Notes under the pieces: model-generated | What the model was told of the DNA's origin: nothing | Seen by the model: the letters and a program-made list of their open reading frames with translations, nothing else | Database searches by the model: none | Translations under genes and position numbers: made by a program | DNA from: Myxococcota bacterium | GTDB taxonomy: Bacteria > UBA10199 > JADFYH01 | Assembly (NCBI GenBank): GCA_052034865.1 | Contig: JBPOIC010000014.1 | Span: 1 to 64,000 of the forward strand | Length of the DNA: 64,000 nt | Direction of reading: 5' to 3' | Part shown: piece by piece, positions 9,627 to 20,259 of the stretch | How the letters are laid out: each line of letters opens with the position of its first letter | How positions within the stretch are numbered: the first letter of the stretch is position 1

Positions 9627-10772
9627 TTGGCGCAACCTGATCTGATGTCATCAGGACAGATGAGGATCTCAAATCACTGCATGCAAAACACCTCTCTCCA
9701 ATCGTCATGTCTCCCAGCCTGCCCTGTTTTTGGTAGCTGTGGAGGGTGTGCGTATCAGCATTTATCCTATCCGGAAGAATTACAACTCAAGCAATCCCAG
9801 ATTCAGAAATTATTTGAAAACCAGCTCGGCCTGTCTGCACCTCATCCAGATCCTATCCTCGCTTCTCCCAAACCCTACCATTATCGCCATCGACTGGATG
9901 TGGGAATTCGAAAAACAAAAGAGGATGGCTTTGTCTTTGGCTTTGTCAATCAGGAGAAAAAACGCCTCATTCCTATCGATAATTGCCCGATTGCCTTGAG
10001 TGCCGTTTCTGATTTTTTGCCCGAGCTTAAACGTCAGGCGATTGAGAAATTTACGGCCGATTATCGGGTGGCCAGTCTGGTGGTAAAATCCGATGATACC
10101 GGGCGCGTACGTTGGGGCGGGATTGGCCGCAGATCACTTCGCTTAAATCCTTCCGATTATTTTTATACCGAAATCCGAAATCGCAAAATTTATTACTCTC
10201 TCGATACTTTTTTTCAGGCCAATCTTTCGATTCTTCCCTTGTTAATGGATCAGATCGAAGCCCTCGTTTCCAGTCATCCCAAAAAAGGATTTCTCGATCT
10301 TTATGGAGGGGTAGGATTGTTTAGCTTTGCCCTGTCTCATCTTTTTTCCAAGATCATCCTGATTGAAAATCACCCGACTTCCACCGAGCTTGCTACCTAT
10401 AATCAATCCATTCATTCACTTCCTTCATTTATAATTCAGAATGGACGTGTGGAAGATCTGCTTCCAGATCTGACAGACTCAATCAATTTTTCAGACTGGG
10501 TGGCCATGATCGATCCACCCCGCAAAGGCCTGGAGCCGAGCGTTATCGATACCCTCACGAAAGCTCAGTCGCTTCAGACGCTTTTATATTTATCCTGCAA
10601 TCCCGAAACTCTGGTCAGAGACTTGAAGCTGTTTTTGAAACAGAATTGGAGGATCGAACGCATCGTGCCGTTCGATTTTTTTCCCAAAACAGCGCATCTG
10701 GAAGTATTGGTAAAGTTGAGTCGAGAAGAAGTCATCTCCTCGCAAATTGTTTCAAAACACCGTATCAATTGA
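9627..10772 (+). CDS. Class I SAM-dependent RNA (uracil-5)-methyltransferase, RumA/TrmA family (no TRAM domain)
   Basis: Fe-S cysteine cluster (CPVFGSCGGC), SAM motif DLYGGVGLFSFAL and a C-terminal nucleophile region. Exact start uncertain, with several in-frame Met. Confidence 0.7.
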   Translation: MAQPDLMSSGQMRISNHCMQNTSLQSSCLPACPVFGSCGGCAYQHLSYPEELQLKQSQIQKLFENQLGLSAPHPDPILASPKPYHYRHRLDVGIRKTKEDGFVFGFVNQEKKRLIPIDNCPIALSAVSDFLPELKRQAIEKFTADYRVASLVVKSDDTGRVRWGGIGRRSLRLNPSDYFYTEIRNRKIYYSLDTFFQANLSILPLLMDQIEALVSSHPKKGFLDLYGGVGLFSFALSHLFSKIILIENHPTSTELATYNQSIHSLPSFIIQNGRVEDLLPDLTDSINFSDWVAMIDPPRKGLEPSVIDTLTKAQSLQTLLYLSCNPETLVRDLKLFLKQNWRIERIVPFDFFPKTAHLEVLVKLSREEVISSQIVSKHRIN

Positions 10773-10818
10773 GTATTGGATCTTTAAACCAACAAGAATC
10801 ACACTTTAAATTCTTCTT

Positions 10819-11724
10819 ATGAACATCCTCATTTCAGGCTCTACAGGTTTTTTAGGCACGGCCCTGGTTTCTTTTTTAACAGAGCGCGGACATGAAGTTC
10901 GCCGGCTGCTTCGAAACTCAAAAAATAAAAATTCTTTTGATCTGATTTGGGATCCTGAAAAAGGATTGGAGAATCCCAAAAGCCTCGAAGGCATTGAAGT
11001 CGTCATCCATCTTTCTGGAGAAAATGTTGGGGAGCGCTGGTCAGACCAGAAAAAAAGACTCATTCGCGAAAGTCGTGTGCATTCTACTCAAACTTTAGCC
11101 CAGCATTTGGCCAAGATGAAAAATCCTCCGCAGACTTTTTTGTGTGCCTCGGCGATTGGGTTTTATGGAGATCGAAAAGAAGAAGAACTGACTGAAGAAA
11201 GTCCTGCGGGTTCCGGGTTTTTGGCGGAGGTTTGTCAGGAGTGGGAAGCAGCTTCGGCGCCTGTGGTTTCGAAAGGAAGCCGGGTGGCTCATCTTCGGTT
11301 CGGAGTTATCCTGGACAAAAGCGGAGGAGCTTTGGAAAAAATGCTCACTCCTTTCAAGCTGGGCGTGGGCGGGGTGTTGGGAAACGGAAATCAGTTTATG
11401 AGCTGGATTGCTCTCGAAGATGTTTTGCGCGCAATTGAGTATGTGATTCAAATACCCGTGCTCGCAGGTCCGATCAATTTCACATCGCCGCACCCAGTGA
11501 CCAATCGTGAATTCACGCACGCGTTGGGTCACGCCCTGCACCGTCCCGCTGTTCTTTCTGTTCCTGCGTTTGCCCTGCGTCTGGCTTTTGGCGAGATGGC
11601 CGATGAGGCATTGCTGGCGAGTGCTCGTGTCCTGCCAAAAAAACTTTTGGATGCAGAATTTCAGTTTGAATATCCCTATCTGGAAAAAGCCTTTGAGCAT
11701 TTATTTAAGGATAAGACTGTCTGA
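10819..11724 (+). CDS. TIGR01777 (YfcH-like) NAD-dependent epimerase/dehydratase family protein
   Basis: N-terminal Rossmann ILISGSTGFLGTALVSFL. Length of 301 aa and C-terminal DUF1731-like region. Confidence 0.8.
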   Translation: MNILISGSTGFLGTALVSFLTERGHEVRRLLRNSKNKNSFDLIWDPEKGLENPKSLEGIEVVIHLSGENVGERWSDQKKRLIRESRVHSTQTLAQHLAKMKNPPQTFLCASAIGFYGDRKEEELTEESPAGSGFLAEVCQEWEAASAPVVSKGSRVAHLRFGVILDKSGGALEKMLTPFKLGVGGVLGNGNQFMSWIALEDVLRAIEYVIQIPVLAGPINFTSPHPVTNREFTHALGHALHRPAVLSVPAFALRLAFGEMADEALLASARVLPKKLLDAEFQFEYPYLEKAFEHLFKDKTV

Positions 11725-11852
11725 TGGGGCGATCAGCATAGTTAAGAATTCCTGATAAATCTGCACGGTACAATTCTTTTCCTCCTTAATGTTCAAATCC
11801 GTGTGTTGAATTCTTCCTTGTCAAACTGATGAGCGTTTTGTAGCGAAGATTC

Positions 11853-12731
11853 ATGAACTTCAAATCCCGCGTGTTTCTTATCTTTGCGATGATCCTCGTT
11901 GTTCTCCTGCTCATCGTTGCCAATTCTATCATCTTAATCAGCCCCGGCCATGTCGGTGTGCTCATCCATCGCAGTAAGGGAGGGGTGGACCCCAAACCCA
12001 TGGATGTAGGATTTCATTTCAAATGGCCCATTCTACAAGAGATCGAAGAATATCCCATTTATATGCAGACCCTCGTTTTGACCAAGAGTAATCGGGAAGG
12101 AGGTGAAGACAATGAAGAAATCAACGTGAACTCCGTTGAAGGTCAGCCAATCGGTTGCGATGTCTCGCTTTCTTTCGAGCTTGATCCTTTAAAAGTCCCT
12201 GCCCTCTACAGCGCCTTTCGCAGCAATATCCGGTTGATTACCCACGGTTTCGTCAAACAAACGATTCGCCAATCCCTTCAGCAGGTTGTGGGGCAGACCG
12301 AGGTGGTGAATTTTATCGGGAAAGATAAGGCCCTCGTGGTAAAATCGACTGAAGAGGAGTTGCAAAAGCGGCTGGGAGAATACGGATTTCTCATCAAGCA
12401 ATTTACACTCAATGAAGTGCGCGCCCCAGAAACAATCGTGAAAGCGATTGAGGCCAAGAATGCGATGGCTCAGGAGGCCTTGAGATCCCAGAATGAATTG
12501 CAGAAAAAACAGTTCGAGGCTCAACAGCGGGCGATTGAAGCAGAAGGAGATGCCAAGGCGATCATGACCCGCGCCCAGGCAGAGGCCGATGCGAATCGAC
12601 TGATTTCCAATTCGATTACGCCGACCCTGGTCGATTATAAACGCGTCGATAAATGGGATGGAAAACTTCCGCAGGTTTCAGGAGAAGCCACTCCTTTCAT
12701 CAGTCTTCCAGGAGATCCTTCCCCAAGATAG
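11853..12731 (+). CDS. SPFH/band-7 (prohibitin/HflC-like) membrane protein
   Basis: N-terminal TM helix, SPFH-like core and an Ala/Glu-rich C-terminal coiled coil (AQQRAIEAEGDAKAIMTRAQAEADA). Confidence 0.75.
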   Translation: MNFKSRVFLIFAMILVVLLLIVANSIILISPGHVGVLIHRSKGGVDPKPMDVGFHFKWPILQEIEEYPIYMQTLVLTKSNREGGEDNEEINVNSVEGQPIGCDVSLSFELDPLKVPALYSAFRSNIRLITHGFVKQTIRQSLQQVVGQTEVVNFIGKDKALVVKSTEEELQKRLGEYGFLIKQFTLNEVRAPETIVKAIEAKNAMAQEALRSQNELQKKQFEAQQRAIEAEGDAKAIMTRAQAEADANRLISNSITPTLVDYKRVDKWDGKLPQVSGEATPFISLPGDPSPR

Positions 12732-12744
12732 GACAGCGAATTTC

Positions 12745-15297
12745 TCATCCTCCCACGATAGCCATGACATAGGCATCCAGATTCAGATAGCGGTTGGCGG
12801 CCTCCCGCACCTGCTCGCGCGTGACCATTTCAATTCTTCCGGGAAATTTTCTCCAATGATCGGCACCCAGACCGTAAATCTCGCTCAAGGCAAGTTGTCC
12901 GGCGACGTTTGAGTTGCGCTGAAGATCGATTTCGAATGATCCCATCAGATAGCGCTTTGCACGGTCGATTTCAGCATCGCTTGCCAGTTCCGATTTTATC
13001 TTTTTCAACTGAGTAAAAATTCCGTCGATCGCCTTCTCAGTTTTTTGTGGCTCGGTCGCAATGTAAACCGAGAAAAATCCGCGCTCAATTCCTTCCTGGC
13101 TGAAACTCGTCACTGAGTAAGCCAAAGACTGTTTGTCCCTCAACTCCAGAAAAAGCCGTCCTCCCTGACCTGCCAGAATGTTGTTCATCACATCCATCGC
13201 ATAACGATCCTTTCCATTCAGCGTCGTCCCCAAAAAACCCACGACAATATGGCTCTGTGCTTTGGATTGTTTGAGGACTGCCTTGATCGGTGATTTCGGA
13301 AGTGTGGGCTCTTTCAGTTTGAGTGCCGCGGACCCTTTGAAAGGTTTTAAATCTTCGAGGTGCTTTGAAAAACAGTCTTTGATCTCATTCGGGTCGCAAT
13401 CTCCCACGACGGAAAAAACCAAGGTTTCCGGATTTAAAAACTGACGATGGGCCTTCAGCAGATCAGCGCGTGTGAGCGATTGAACGGATTTTTCCACTCC
13501 CACAATGGGAAGGCCGTAAGGATGATGGGGATAAAGCTCAGAAAGAAGTTTTTTATAGGCAATGCTTGCGAGCTGATCCTGTTCGCGCCTTAATGCCTCC
13601 AGTGTATGCTTTTTCTCTTTTTCGATCTGGTTGGGCTCAAAGGCAGGATTGAGCAGAATGTCGCTGAAAAGATTCAGACCGGCTTCCAGTTTCTCGCTTA
13701 AAAAATCCGCCTGAAGTCCATCGAGATTTCTTCCCGAGTAGGCGCTGATGGAGGCCGCAATCTGTTCGATCTCCAGGGCAAGCTGCTCGTGTGAGCGTGA
13801 TTTTGTTCCTTTGGTCAGAGTTTGTGCCAGCAGATGATGGATTCCATTGTTTTTAGGATTCTCAAATCGAACGCCCCCAAAATTGGCCATCTTGATCGAT
13901 ACCAGGGGGAGACGCTGGTTCTCTTTATAGATCAGGGTGATTCCATTTTTAAGACGGGTAATCTGGATATCTTTTTTCTCGGTCAGTTTCTTTTTGGGAA
14001 GACGGAGCTCAGAGGCCTTGAGCAGTTTTTCAGGAGCGAGCTGGGCTTGGGTCAATTTGGATTTTTCAGGAAGCAAAACGACCCAGTTCAAGGCTTGAGG
14101 AATCAGATATTTTCGAGCGACCTCATGCACATCTTCAGGATCGATTTCATCAATTTTCTGATAATATTTCTGATCAAAATTGCAATCGCCCAGAATGGTT
14201 TCTAGATAGCCATATTTGCGCGCCAAACCCTCGACAGATTCCCGTTCATACCAGGCATCGCTTTTAATGTTTACCCGAGAACGTGCAAGCTCAGCATGTG
14301 AGATGCGGTCATTCTCAATCAAAAGAATCTCTTTTAAAATAGCTGTCGCTGCAGGAATGATTTTTTTCTCGGCGGTGGTGAACCCAATGACAAAAAGTCC
14401 TGGATGAAAGGGGGTGTAGGCATAAGAATAAATTGAATCGACCAGCCCTTTTTTCTCTTTGATGCGCTGCTCGAGCCGGGAGCTTAATCCTTCGCCTAAA
14501 AGATGAGATAGAATATCCAATGCAGGTACATCCGGTGAAGTGATCGCCGGAATGGGGAAGGCCAATTGAGCGTATTGTCCACTGACGGGTTTCCGAATTA
14601 CTGTGAAGCGTGCCTTATGTTGAGGAGGCTCCAAAGGGAACGATAGAGCCGGCAGAGTGCGATCTTCATAATTTTCAAAAATCTTAAAAACTTTTTGTTT
14701 GGCCTGGGCGGAGTCGAAATCTCCAGCAATCACAAAAACGAGATTTCTGGGGACATACCAGCGGTGATAAAAATCAAGAATGTCGGCACGGGTAAAAGAA
14801 AGAACCGATTCTTTGGTGCCGATGATGGGTTTCCCGTAAGGGTGGGCTTTAAAGGCACATCGGAATAGATTTTCAGAGAGAATTTTGCTTGGGTTGTCGG
14901 CAGAGTGATTGATCTCTTCGAGGATAACCGGTTTCTCACGCGCGATTTCTTCATCTTCAAAAAGAGGATTTAAGACAGCATCCGATAGGACATTCAAACC
15001 CTCATCAAAAAAACGCGAAGAAACAGTGCAGTAATAAACGGTTTCGTCGAAGCTCGTGTATGCGTTGATCTCACCACCTGCCGCTTCAATCGTGCGGGCA
15101 ATCTCTCCTGCTGGCCTTGAAGGAGTTCCTTTGAAAATCATGTGCTCGATAAAGTGACAGATCCCCGCTTCTTTGGATTGTTCCACAACACTGCCAACCC
15201 GAAAACAGGCATTGAAAGCAACCACGGGACTTTGATGGGATTCTATCAAAAGGAGGGTCATTCCATTCGGAAGGACAATTTTTTCAGGTTTTATCAT
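12745..15297 (-). CDS. Tandem M16 (insulinase/pitrilysin) family zinc peptidase
   Basis: 850 aa. Inverted zinc motif HxxEH (CHFIEHMIFKGT) near the N-terminus of the first unit. The second M16-like half lacks the motif, matching fused PqqL-type architecture. Confidence 0.85.
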   Translation of the reverse strand: MIKPEKIVLPNGMTLLLIESHQSPVVAFNACFRVGSVVEQSKEAGICHFIEHMIFKGTPSRPAGEIARTIEAAGGEINAYTSFDETVYYCTVSSRFFDEGLNVLSDAVLNPLFEDEEIAREKPVILEEINHSADNPSKILSENLFRCAFKAHPYGKPIIGTKESVLSFTRADILDFYHRWYVPRNLVFVIAGDFDSAQAKQKVFKIFENYEDRTLPALSFPLEPPQHKARFTVIRKPVSGQYAQLAFPIPAITSPDVPALDILSHLLGEGLSSRLEQRIKEKKGLVDSIYSYAYTPFHPGLFVIGFTTAEKKIIPAATAILKEILLIENDRISHAELARSRVNIKSDAWYERESVEGLARKYGYLETILGDCNFDQKYYQKIDEIDPEDVHEVARKYLIPQALNWVVLLPEKSKLTQAQLAPEKLLKASELRLPKKKLTEKKDIQITRLKNGITLIYKENQRLPLVSIKMANFGGVRFENPKNNGIHHLLAQTLTKGTKSRSHEQLALEIEQIAASISAYSGRNLDGLQADFLSEKLEAGLNLFSDILLNPAFEPNQIEKEKKHTLEALRREQDQLASIAYKKLLSELYPHHPYGLPIVGVEKSVQSLTRADLLKAHRQFLNPETLVFSVVGDCDPNEIKDCFSKHLEDLKPFKGSAALKLKEPTLPKSPIKAVLKQSKAQSHIVVGFLGTTLNGKDRYAMDVMNNILAGQGGRLFLELRDKQSLAYSVTSFSQEGIERGFFSVYIATEPQKTEKAIDGIFTQLKKIKSELASDAEIDRAKRYLMGSFEIDLQRNSNVAGQLALSEIYGLGADHWRKFPGRIEMVTREQVREAANRYLNLDAYVMAIVGG

Positions 15298-15540
15298 AGA
15301 CGATCAGGAGAGCTTAAAATGGTAATGAAGTAAATAGATAAATTGAAAGGGGAAGGATGGGGTTTTCTTGTCCTGGGCGGTGTGGGCCAGAAACGACCTT
15401 TTACTCCTGAGGCGGACCTGTCCCTACCGGAGATTGAATTTAGAATTTTTTTTCTGTCTTCTGGATTCTCTCTCCTGTCTTCTGACTTCCCTCCTAAATT
15501 ATCGATTTACGATTTTATTCATTTTAGGCAATAAAGATGC

Positions 15541-16167
15541 ATGCTTGAAATTCTACTCATCCGTCATGGACAAACAGATTGGAATGCACAGCGCAGGATT
15601 ATGGGTGATCAGCCGGTAGGGCTCAATGAAACCGGTCGCGCTCAGGTACAGGGTTTAGCCGGGTTTTTAAAAGACTTGAGCGTGCATCAGCTCTATGTGT
15701 CTCCGTTACTGCGCACCCAGCAAACAGCCGCCATTCTCAATGTGAACTGGAATTTGCCTGTGCAGCTTGAGCCAGGCTTGCGTGAGATCGAGTATGGGGA
15801 ATGGGTTGGAAAAACCTTCCACCAGATTCGCGAGGAAGTGGGGCATTTCGAATACTACCGCCATCCTGAGAAACCCATCTGCAATGGGGCTGAATCGTTG
15901 GAAGGTGTGAAAAATCGAGGGGTTGCCGTGATTGAACGTTTGCGGCAGGAGTATCCCCAAGGTCGTCTTGCCCTTGTTTCGCATGCCGACTGGATCAAAT
16001 GCGTGCTCATGCACTATCTTAAAATTCCCCTGCCTCAAATCTATCAATTCAGAATCGACAATGCCTCGCTCAGTCTCCTGGTTTTTGAAGAAGGGCGCGA
16101 GCGTGTACTGGCGATCAATCATGGCTCCGAAATGGGGCGGCTGTTTATCCCTCGTGAAACCTTTTGA
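15541..16167 (+). CDS. Histidine phosphatase (phosphoglycerate mutase) family protein
   Basis: LLIRHGQTDWN catalytic RHG motif; 208 aa. Confidence 0.8.
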   Translation: MLEILLIRHGQTDWNAQRRIMGDQPVGLNETGRAQVQGLAGFLKDLSVHQLYVSPLLRTQQTAAILNVNWNLPVQLEPGLREIEYGEWVGKTFHQIREEVGHFEYYRHPEKPICNGAESLEGVKNRGVAVIERLRQEYPQGRLALVSHADWIKCVLMHYLKIPLPQIYQFRIDNASLSLLVFEEGRERVLAINHGSEMGRLFIPRETF

Positions 16168-16228
16168 AGATCGTTTTTAAAATATCACTTGGCATCTCTC
16201 CGCTTTCTTTTCCTTCTATCCGCTTGCT

Positions 16229-18184
16229 ATGAAATCCCTCACCCTTCAGGAAATTGAATCTTTATCCCTCTCCGAGCTGGAAACACAGGTGCGCCATCAC
16301 AACCAGCTTTATTTCGAGCTTCATCAGCCTGAGATCTCCGATTACGATTTCGATCGTTTGGTCGAGAGACTTAAAAAAATCCATCCTGAATCCCCCATCC
16401 TCAATGAATTGGGCTCCGATTTACGCAAGGGCGTGAACGTCCCTAAAATCGTTCATACGTCTCCCATGCTTTCGCTTGATAAGTGTTACAGTCTGGATGA
16501 TTTGATGAGTTGGGCAAAAAAATTTGAGGGCGATGTTTTGGTGACGCCCAAGATTGATGGATGTGCGGTGGAGATTCGCTACGATGAAAAAGGTGAGCTT
16601 GAAATGGCGGCCACGCGCGGAGATGGGGTGAAAGGTGAGGATATCTCGGCGAATGTGCGCTTTGTGGCCGATATTCCCAAACGCTTACCTTCTCTCTCTC
16701 AGACTCAGGAAAAATCCCAGGGGCTTGAGGTGCGCGGTGAAGTCTATATGCCGCTGTCGGTTTTTAAAAATTTCAAATCCAGCTTTGCCAATCCCCGAAA
16801 TTTAGCCGCGGGCGCGATCAAGCAGAAGCAGGCGAGCAAAACACGAGAGTATCAGTTACGATTTTTTGCCTACGATGTGCGTGATCAGGAGTTTGAATCT
16901 GAATTTGAAAAGATGAATTTTCTCCACACTCTCGGATTTCAAACCGTCGAATTCCGAAAACTCATGCCGGATGCCGATCTTCTTCAATCTGAATGGGATC
17001 GTTATCTCGCTCAGCGAAACGAGGTCGATTACGAGCTGGATGGGGTCGTCTACAAAACGGACCGTGTTTCAGAACAAGAGCGTCTTGGCGCTTCGGCTCA
17101 TCATCCGCGCTATGCCATTGCCTATAAATTTCAGGGAGATTCTGGTGTGACGATCTTGCGGGAGGTCGAGTGGAGTGTTGCCCGCACCGGAGTTATCACG
17201 CCCGTGGGAATCGTGGATCCAGTCGAACTTTCCGGAGCGAAGGTCTCTCGCGTTTCTTTGCACAATTACGGATTGCTTCAAAAGTTGAGCGTGACGCTTC
17301 CTTGTGAGGTTTTGATGATTCGACGGGGCGGAGTGATTCCCTATCTGGAAAAGGTTCTTGAAAATGATGGAGAGCCAGTCCTCATCCCAGAGCATTGTCC
17401 GTCCTGTGGTTGTCCTGCCGAGGTTCGCGAGGAGTTTCTTTATTGTACAAATCGCGAAAATTGCCAAAGCTCGCGTATTGGCGAACTGAATCATTTTATC
17501 AAAACTCTAGAAATCGATGGGTTTGGTGAGGTGCTCATCCGCAAGCTATACGAAGAAAAACTTATCGAAGACCCTGCTGATTTTTACACCCTGCAGAAAG
17601 GGGATTTGCTCAATCTGGAGCGGATGGGTGAAGTGCTGGCGACAAAGCTTTTGGCAAACATTGAAGCCAAGAGAAAGGTTCCATTAGATTTGTTTTTGCA
17701 ATCCTTGGGGATTCGAGAGCTTGCCAGGCACGCCTCCAAACTTCTCGTTCAGCAATTTGGATCACTCAGCCGAATTCTTTCGGCTACCGAAGAGGAGCTT
17801 TTGCTAATCCATACCTTCGGGGAGGTCATGGCCCGCGAGATTGTGTTGGGTCTTCAGAAAAGAAGACCACTCATCGATAAGTTACTGAAGCACCTCCAGC
17901 TGAACGAGGGCAAGATTCCACAAAAAGGCCCGCTGGCTGGGCAATCGTTTCTATTCACAGGCAAGATGCAAACAATGGATCGCAGTAACGCCGAAAAAAA
18001 AGTTGAGGCTTTGGGGGGTGCGATTGCTTCAGGGGTGACGAAAGATCTTCACTTTTTGGTGATTGGCTCAGAGGGCTTCAAAAACCGGGAGAAAGGCAAT
18101 AAGTGGATCAAGGCCGAAAAACTCATCGAAAAGGGAGCTTCACTTCAGATTATTTCGGAGGAGGAATTTTTGAAGAAGTTATAG
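16229..18184 (+). CDS. ligA: NAD-dependent DNA ligase LigA
   Basis: 651 aa. KxDG adenylation motif (VTPKIDGCAVE), OB fold, Zn finger CPSCGCPAEVREEFLYCTNRENCQ, HhH and a C-terminal BRCT (FLFTGKM...). Confidence 0.9.
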   Translation: MKSLTLQEIESLSLSELETQVRHHNQLYFELHQPEISDYDFDRLVERLKKIHPESPILNELGSDLRKGVNVPKIVHTSPMLSLDKCYSLDDLMSWAKKFEGDVLVTPKIDGCAVEIRYDEKGELEMAATRGDGVKGEDISANVRFVADIPKRLPSLSQTQEKSQGLEVRGEVYMPLSVFKNFKSSFANPRNLAAGAIKQKQASKTREYQLRFFAYDVRDQEFESEFEKMNFLHTLGFQTVEFRKLMPDADLLQSEWDRYLAQRNEVDYELDGVVYKTDRVSEQERLGASAHHPRYAIAYKFQGDSGVTILREVEWSVARTGVITPVGIVDPVELSGAKVSRVSLHNYGLLQKLSVTLPCEVLMIRRGGVIPYLEKVLENDGEPVLIPEHCPSCGCPAEVREEFLYCTNRENCQSSRIGELNHFIKTLEIDGFGEVLIRKLYEEKLIEDPADFYTLQKGDLLNLERMGEVLATKLLANIEAKRKVPLDLFLQSLGIRELARHASKLLVQQFGSLSRILSATEEELLLIHTFGEVMAREIVLGLQKRRPLIDKLLKHLQLNEGKIPQKGPLAGQSFLFTGKMQTMDRSNAEKKVEALGGAIASGVTKDLHFLVIGSEGFKNREKGNKWIKAEKLIEKGASLQIISEEEFLKKL

Positions 18185-18241
18185 TGTTTCGTAAAGACGT
18201 CGCAGGATAAGACTTTATAAAAGAGATCAGTGTCAAAAAAC

Positions 18242-19168
18242 TCACTGCCTTGCACTTAGCTCCAACATCTTTTTCAGCGGGGCATAAGCCCGCTGTCTTA
18301 ATTTTTCATCCATCACAATCTCTGGTGAACCTGTCTTCATGCACTCAAGAAGCTTTTCCAAAGTATTGAGACGCATGTAGGGGCATTCGTTACAGCTGCA
18401 ACCGCTGTCGTTTGGGCCCTCGATAAAAATTTTATGAGGTGAGGCCTTTTGCATCTGATGAAGAATTCCCGATTCGGTTAAGACGATAAATTCCTGATGA
18501 GGACTTTTGATGGTGTAATCGAGCAGGGCCTTGGTCGAGCCAATAAAATCAGCTTCTTTCAACACCGACTCATCGCATTCGGGATGAGCAATGACTTGCG
18601 CATTCGGATGATTTTCTTTCAGCTGGATGAGTTTTTTCAGATTAAACGTTTCGTGCACGATGCACACACCTTGCCACAATGTCATGGGGCGACCAGTTTT
18701 TTGAATGAGATAGGCGCCGAGGTGACGATCCGGTCCAAACAAAATTTCCCGATCGGCGGGGATCGATGCAATCATCTGAGGTGCGTTGCTGGAGGTGCAG
18801 ATGAGATCGGACAGGGCCTTAATTTCCGGGCTAGAATTGATGTACATCACGACATAGGGATTATTGAGTTTGGATTTAAAGTGCTCAAAAGGTGCGGGAG
18901 GACAGCTATCTGCCAAAGAACAGCCAGCCGCCAGATCTGGCAAGATCACCTTCTTGGTAGGATTTAAAATCTTCGCCGTTTCGGCCATGAATTTCACACC
19001 ACAAAATACGATGACATCGGCATCGGTTTTTTCACAATACTGAGCCAGGGCGAGGGAGTCGCCGACACAATCAGCCAGATCCTGGATTTCTCCATCCTGG
19101 TAATAGTGAGCAACGAGGGTGGCATTGAGACGTTTTTTTTCTTTAAGAATTTCTTCGCGCAGGTTCAT
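18242..19168 (-). CDS. nadA: Quinolinate synthase NadA
   Basis: 308 aa, NadA-like throughout (VAHYYQ, three-fold repeat architecture, conserved Cys ligands). Confidence 0.85.
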   Translation of the reverse strand: MNLREEILKEKKRLNATLVAHYYQDGEIQDLADCVGDSLALAQYCEKTDADVIVFCGVKFMAETAKILNPTKKVILPDLAAGCSLADSCPPAPFEHFKSKLNNPYVVMYINSSPEIKALSDLICTSSNAPQMIASIPADREILFGPDRHLGAYLIQKTGRPMTLWQGVCIVHETFNLKKLIQLKENHPNAQVIAHPECDESVLKEADFIGSTKALLDYTIKSPHQEFIVLTESGILHQMQKASPHKIFIEGPNDSGCSCNECPYMRLNTLEKLLECMKTGSPEIVMDEKLRQRAYAPLKKMLELSARQ

Positions 19169-19356
19169 GATGCGCGAAGTTAGAAGAAGGATTTGTCCTT
19201 GTAAAGATGAAATAAAAATGACTTGCTAGTACTCTGTCACATTGTTTTAAACAGCAGTAGGGATGGCGCAAGTGCTTCTAACCGCGCTGGTTTTTCAGAT
19301 TTTTTAGCTGTCAGTTACAGCGTGGAGAAGCACTAGTCGATATTTTTGCCGGAAAT

Positions 19357-20259
19357 ATGCCGACGATGTCTTCTGATTCACTTCGTAATCCAAAATCTTA
19401 CTCCTGGCTGAAACAAGCTTTAGATCACCTGGTTGCCAGGTATAGCTCAGCTTACCTGTCCTCCGATCCTCTCTGGTTTCCCCATCAATATCAAAATCCG
19501 CTCGATCAGGAACTCGTTGCCTTTTTATCCTCTGCCTGTGCGTATGGAAGTGTGCCGCAGATTTTAAAACTCTTGCGCCAGATTCTTAAAGAACTGGGCG
19601 ATTCTCCGGTAGACTGGATTTGCCGGTATCAGCCTCAGAAATATCCACGATTATTTGAGGGAATCTATTACCGCTTTCATCAGGCGAAAGACTTTCGCAT
19701 GCTGATTTATTTGCTTTCCAGAATCTATCTCAAAGAAGGTTCGCTAGGCGCTTCATTTCAAAAACACTTCTCGCCTCACGATTCAAACATAGGGCCGGCC
19801 CTTGCGAGCTGGACAGAAGAGGTTTTGGCGAGCGATCTCAAACCTTTTTATTCTTCTGGAAAACTACCGCCCCGCTCCTGCGTACGCTTTTTTTTCTCAT
19901 CACCTAATGAAGGATCCGCATGCAAACGTCTCAACCTGTTTCTACGCTGGATGGTGCGGGGACCGGATGGGATCGACTTGGGCTTATGGAAATTTATCGA
20001 TCCTTCCAAATTGATCATACCGTTAGACACCCATATTTATCGCGTCGCTCAGTCTTTAAATCTCACCCAGCGAAAATCACCCAACTGGAGAATGGCAGAA
20101 GAAATTACAGAGTACTTAAAGCGCCTGGATCCCAACGATCCCATTCGATACGATTTTGCGCTCACACGACTTGGAATTCTGGATCTTTGTCCTCCTCAAG
20201 AATTGGGAATTGTTTGTCGCAAGTGTCAAAAGACAGGCAGGTGTTTGTTTTTAACCTAA
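19357..20259 (+). CDS. Conserved hypothetical protein, TIGR02757/DUF2400-like (HhH-GPD-related)
   Basis: The segment IIPLDTHIYRVAQSLNL resembles the VDTHVxRVxxRLGL helix of HhH-GPD glycosylases. Cys-rich C-terminus CRKCQKTGRC. Confidence 0.45.
   Translation: MPTMSSDSLRNPKSYSWLKQALDHLVARYSSAYLSSDPLWFPHQYQNPLDQELVAFLSSACAYGSVPQILKLLRQILKELGDSPVDWICRYQPQKYPRLFEGIYYRFHQAKDFRMLIYLLSRIYLKEGSLGASFQKHFSPHDSNIGPALASWTEEVLASDLKPFYSSGKLPPRSCVRFFFSSPNEGSACKRLNLFLRWMVRGPDGIDLGLWKFIDPSKLIIPLDTHIYRVAQSLNLTQRKSPNWRMAEEITEYLKRLDPNDPIRYDFALTRLGILDLCPPQELGIVCRKCQKTGRCLFLT

Noticed and set aside
15298-15540. Short direct repeats (CTGTCTTCTG twice) and small ORFs in the M16 peptidase / histidine phosphatase intergenic region
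   Set aside because: Only two short copies in a pyrimidine-rich promoter region, and no array structure. Not a CRISPR or a credible gene.
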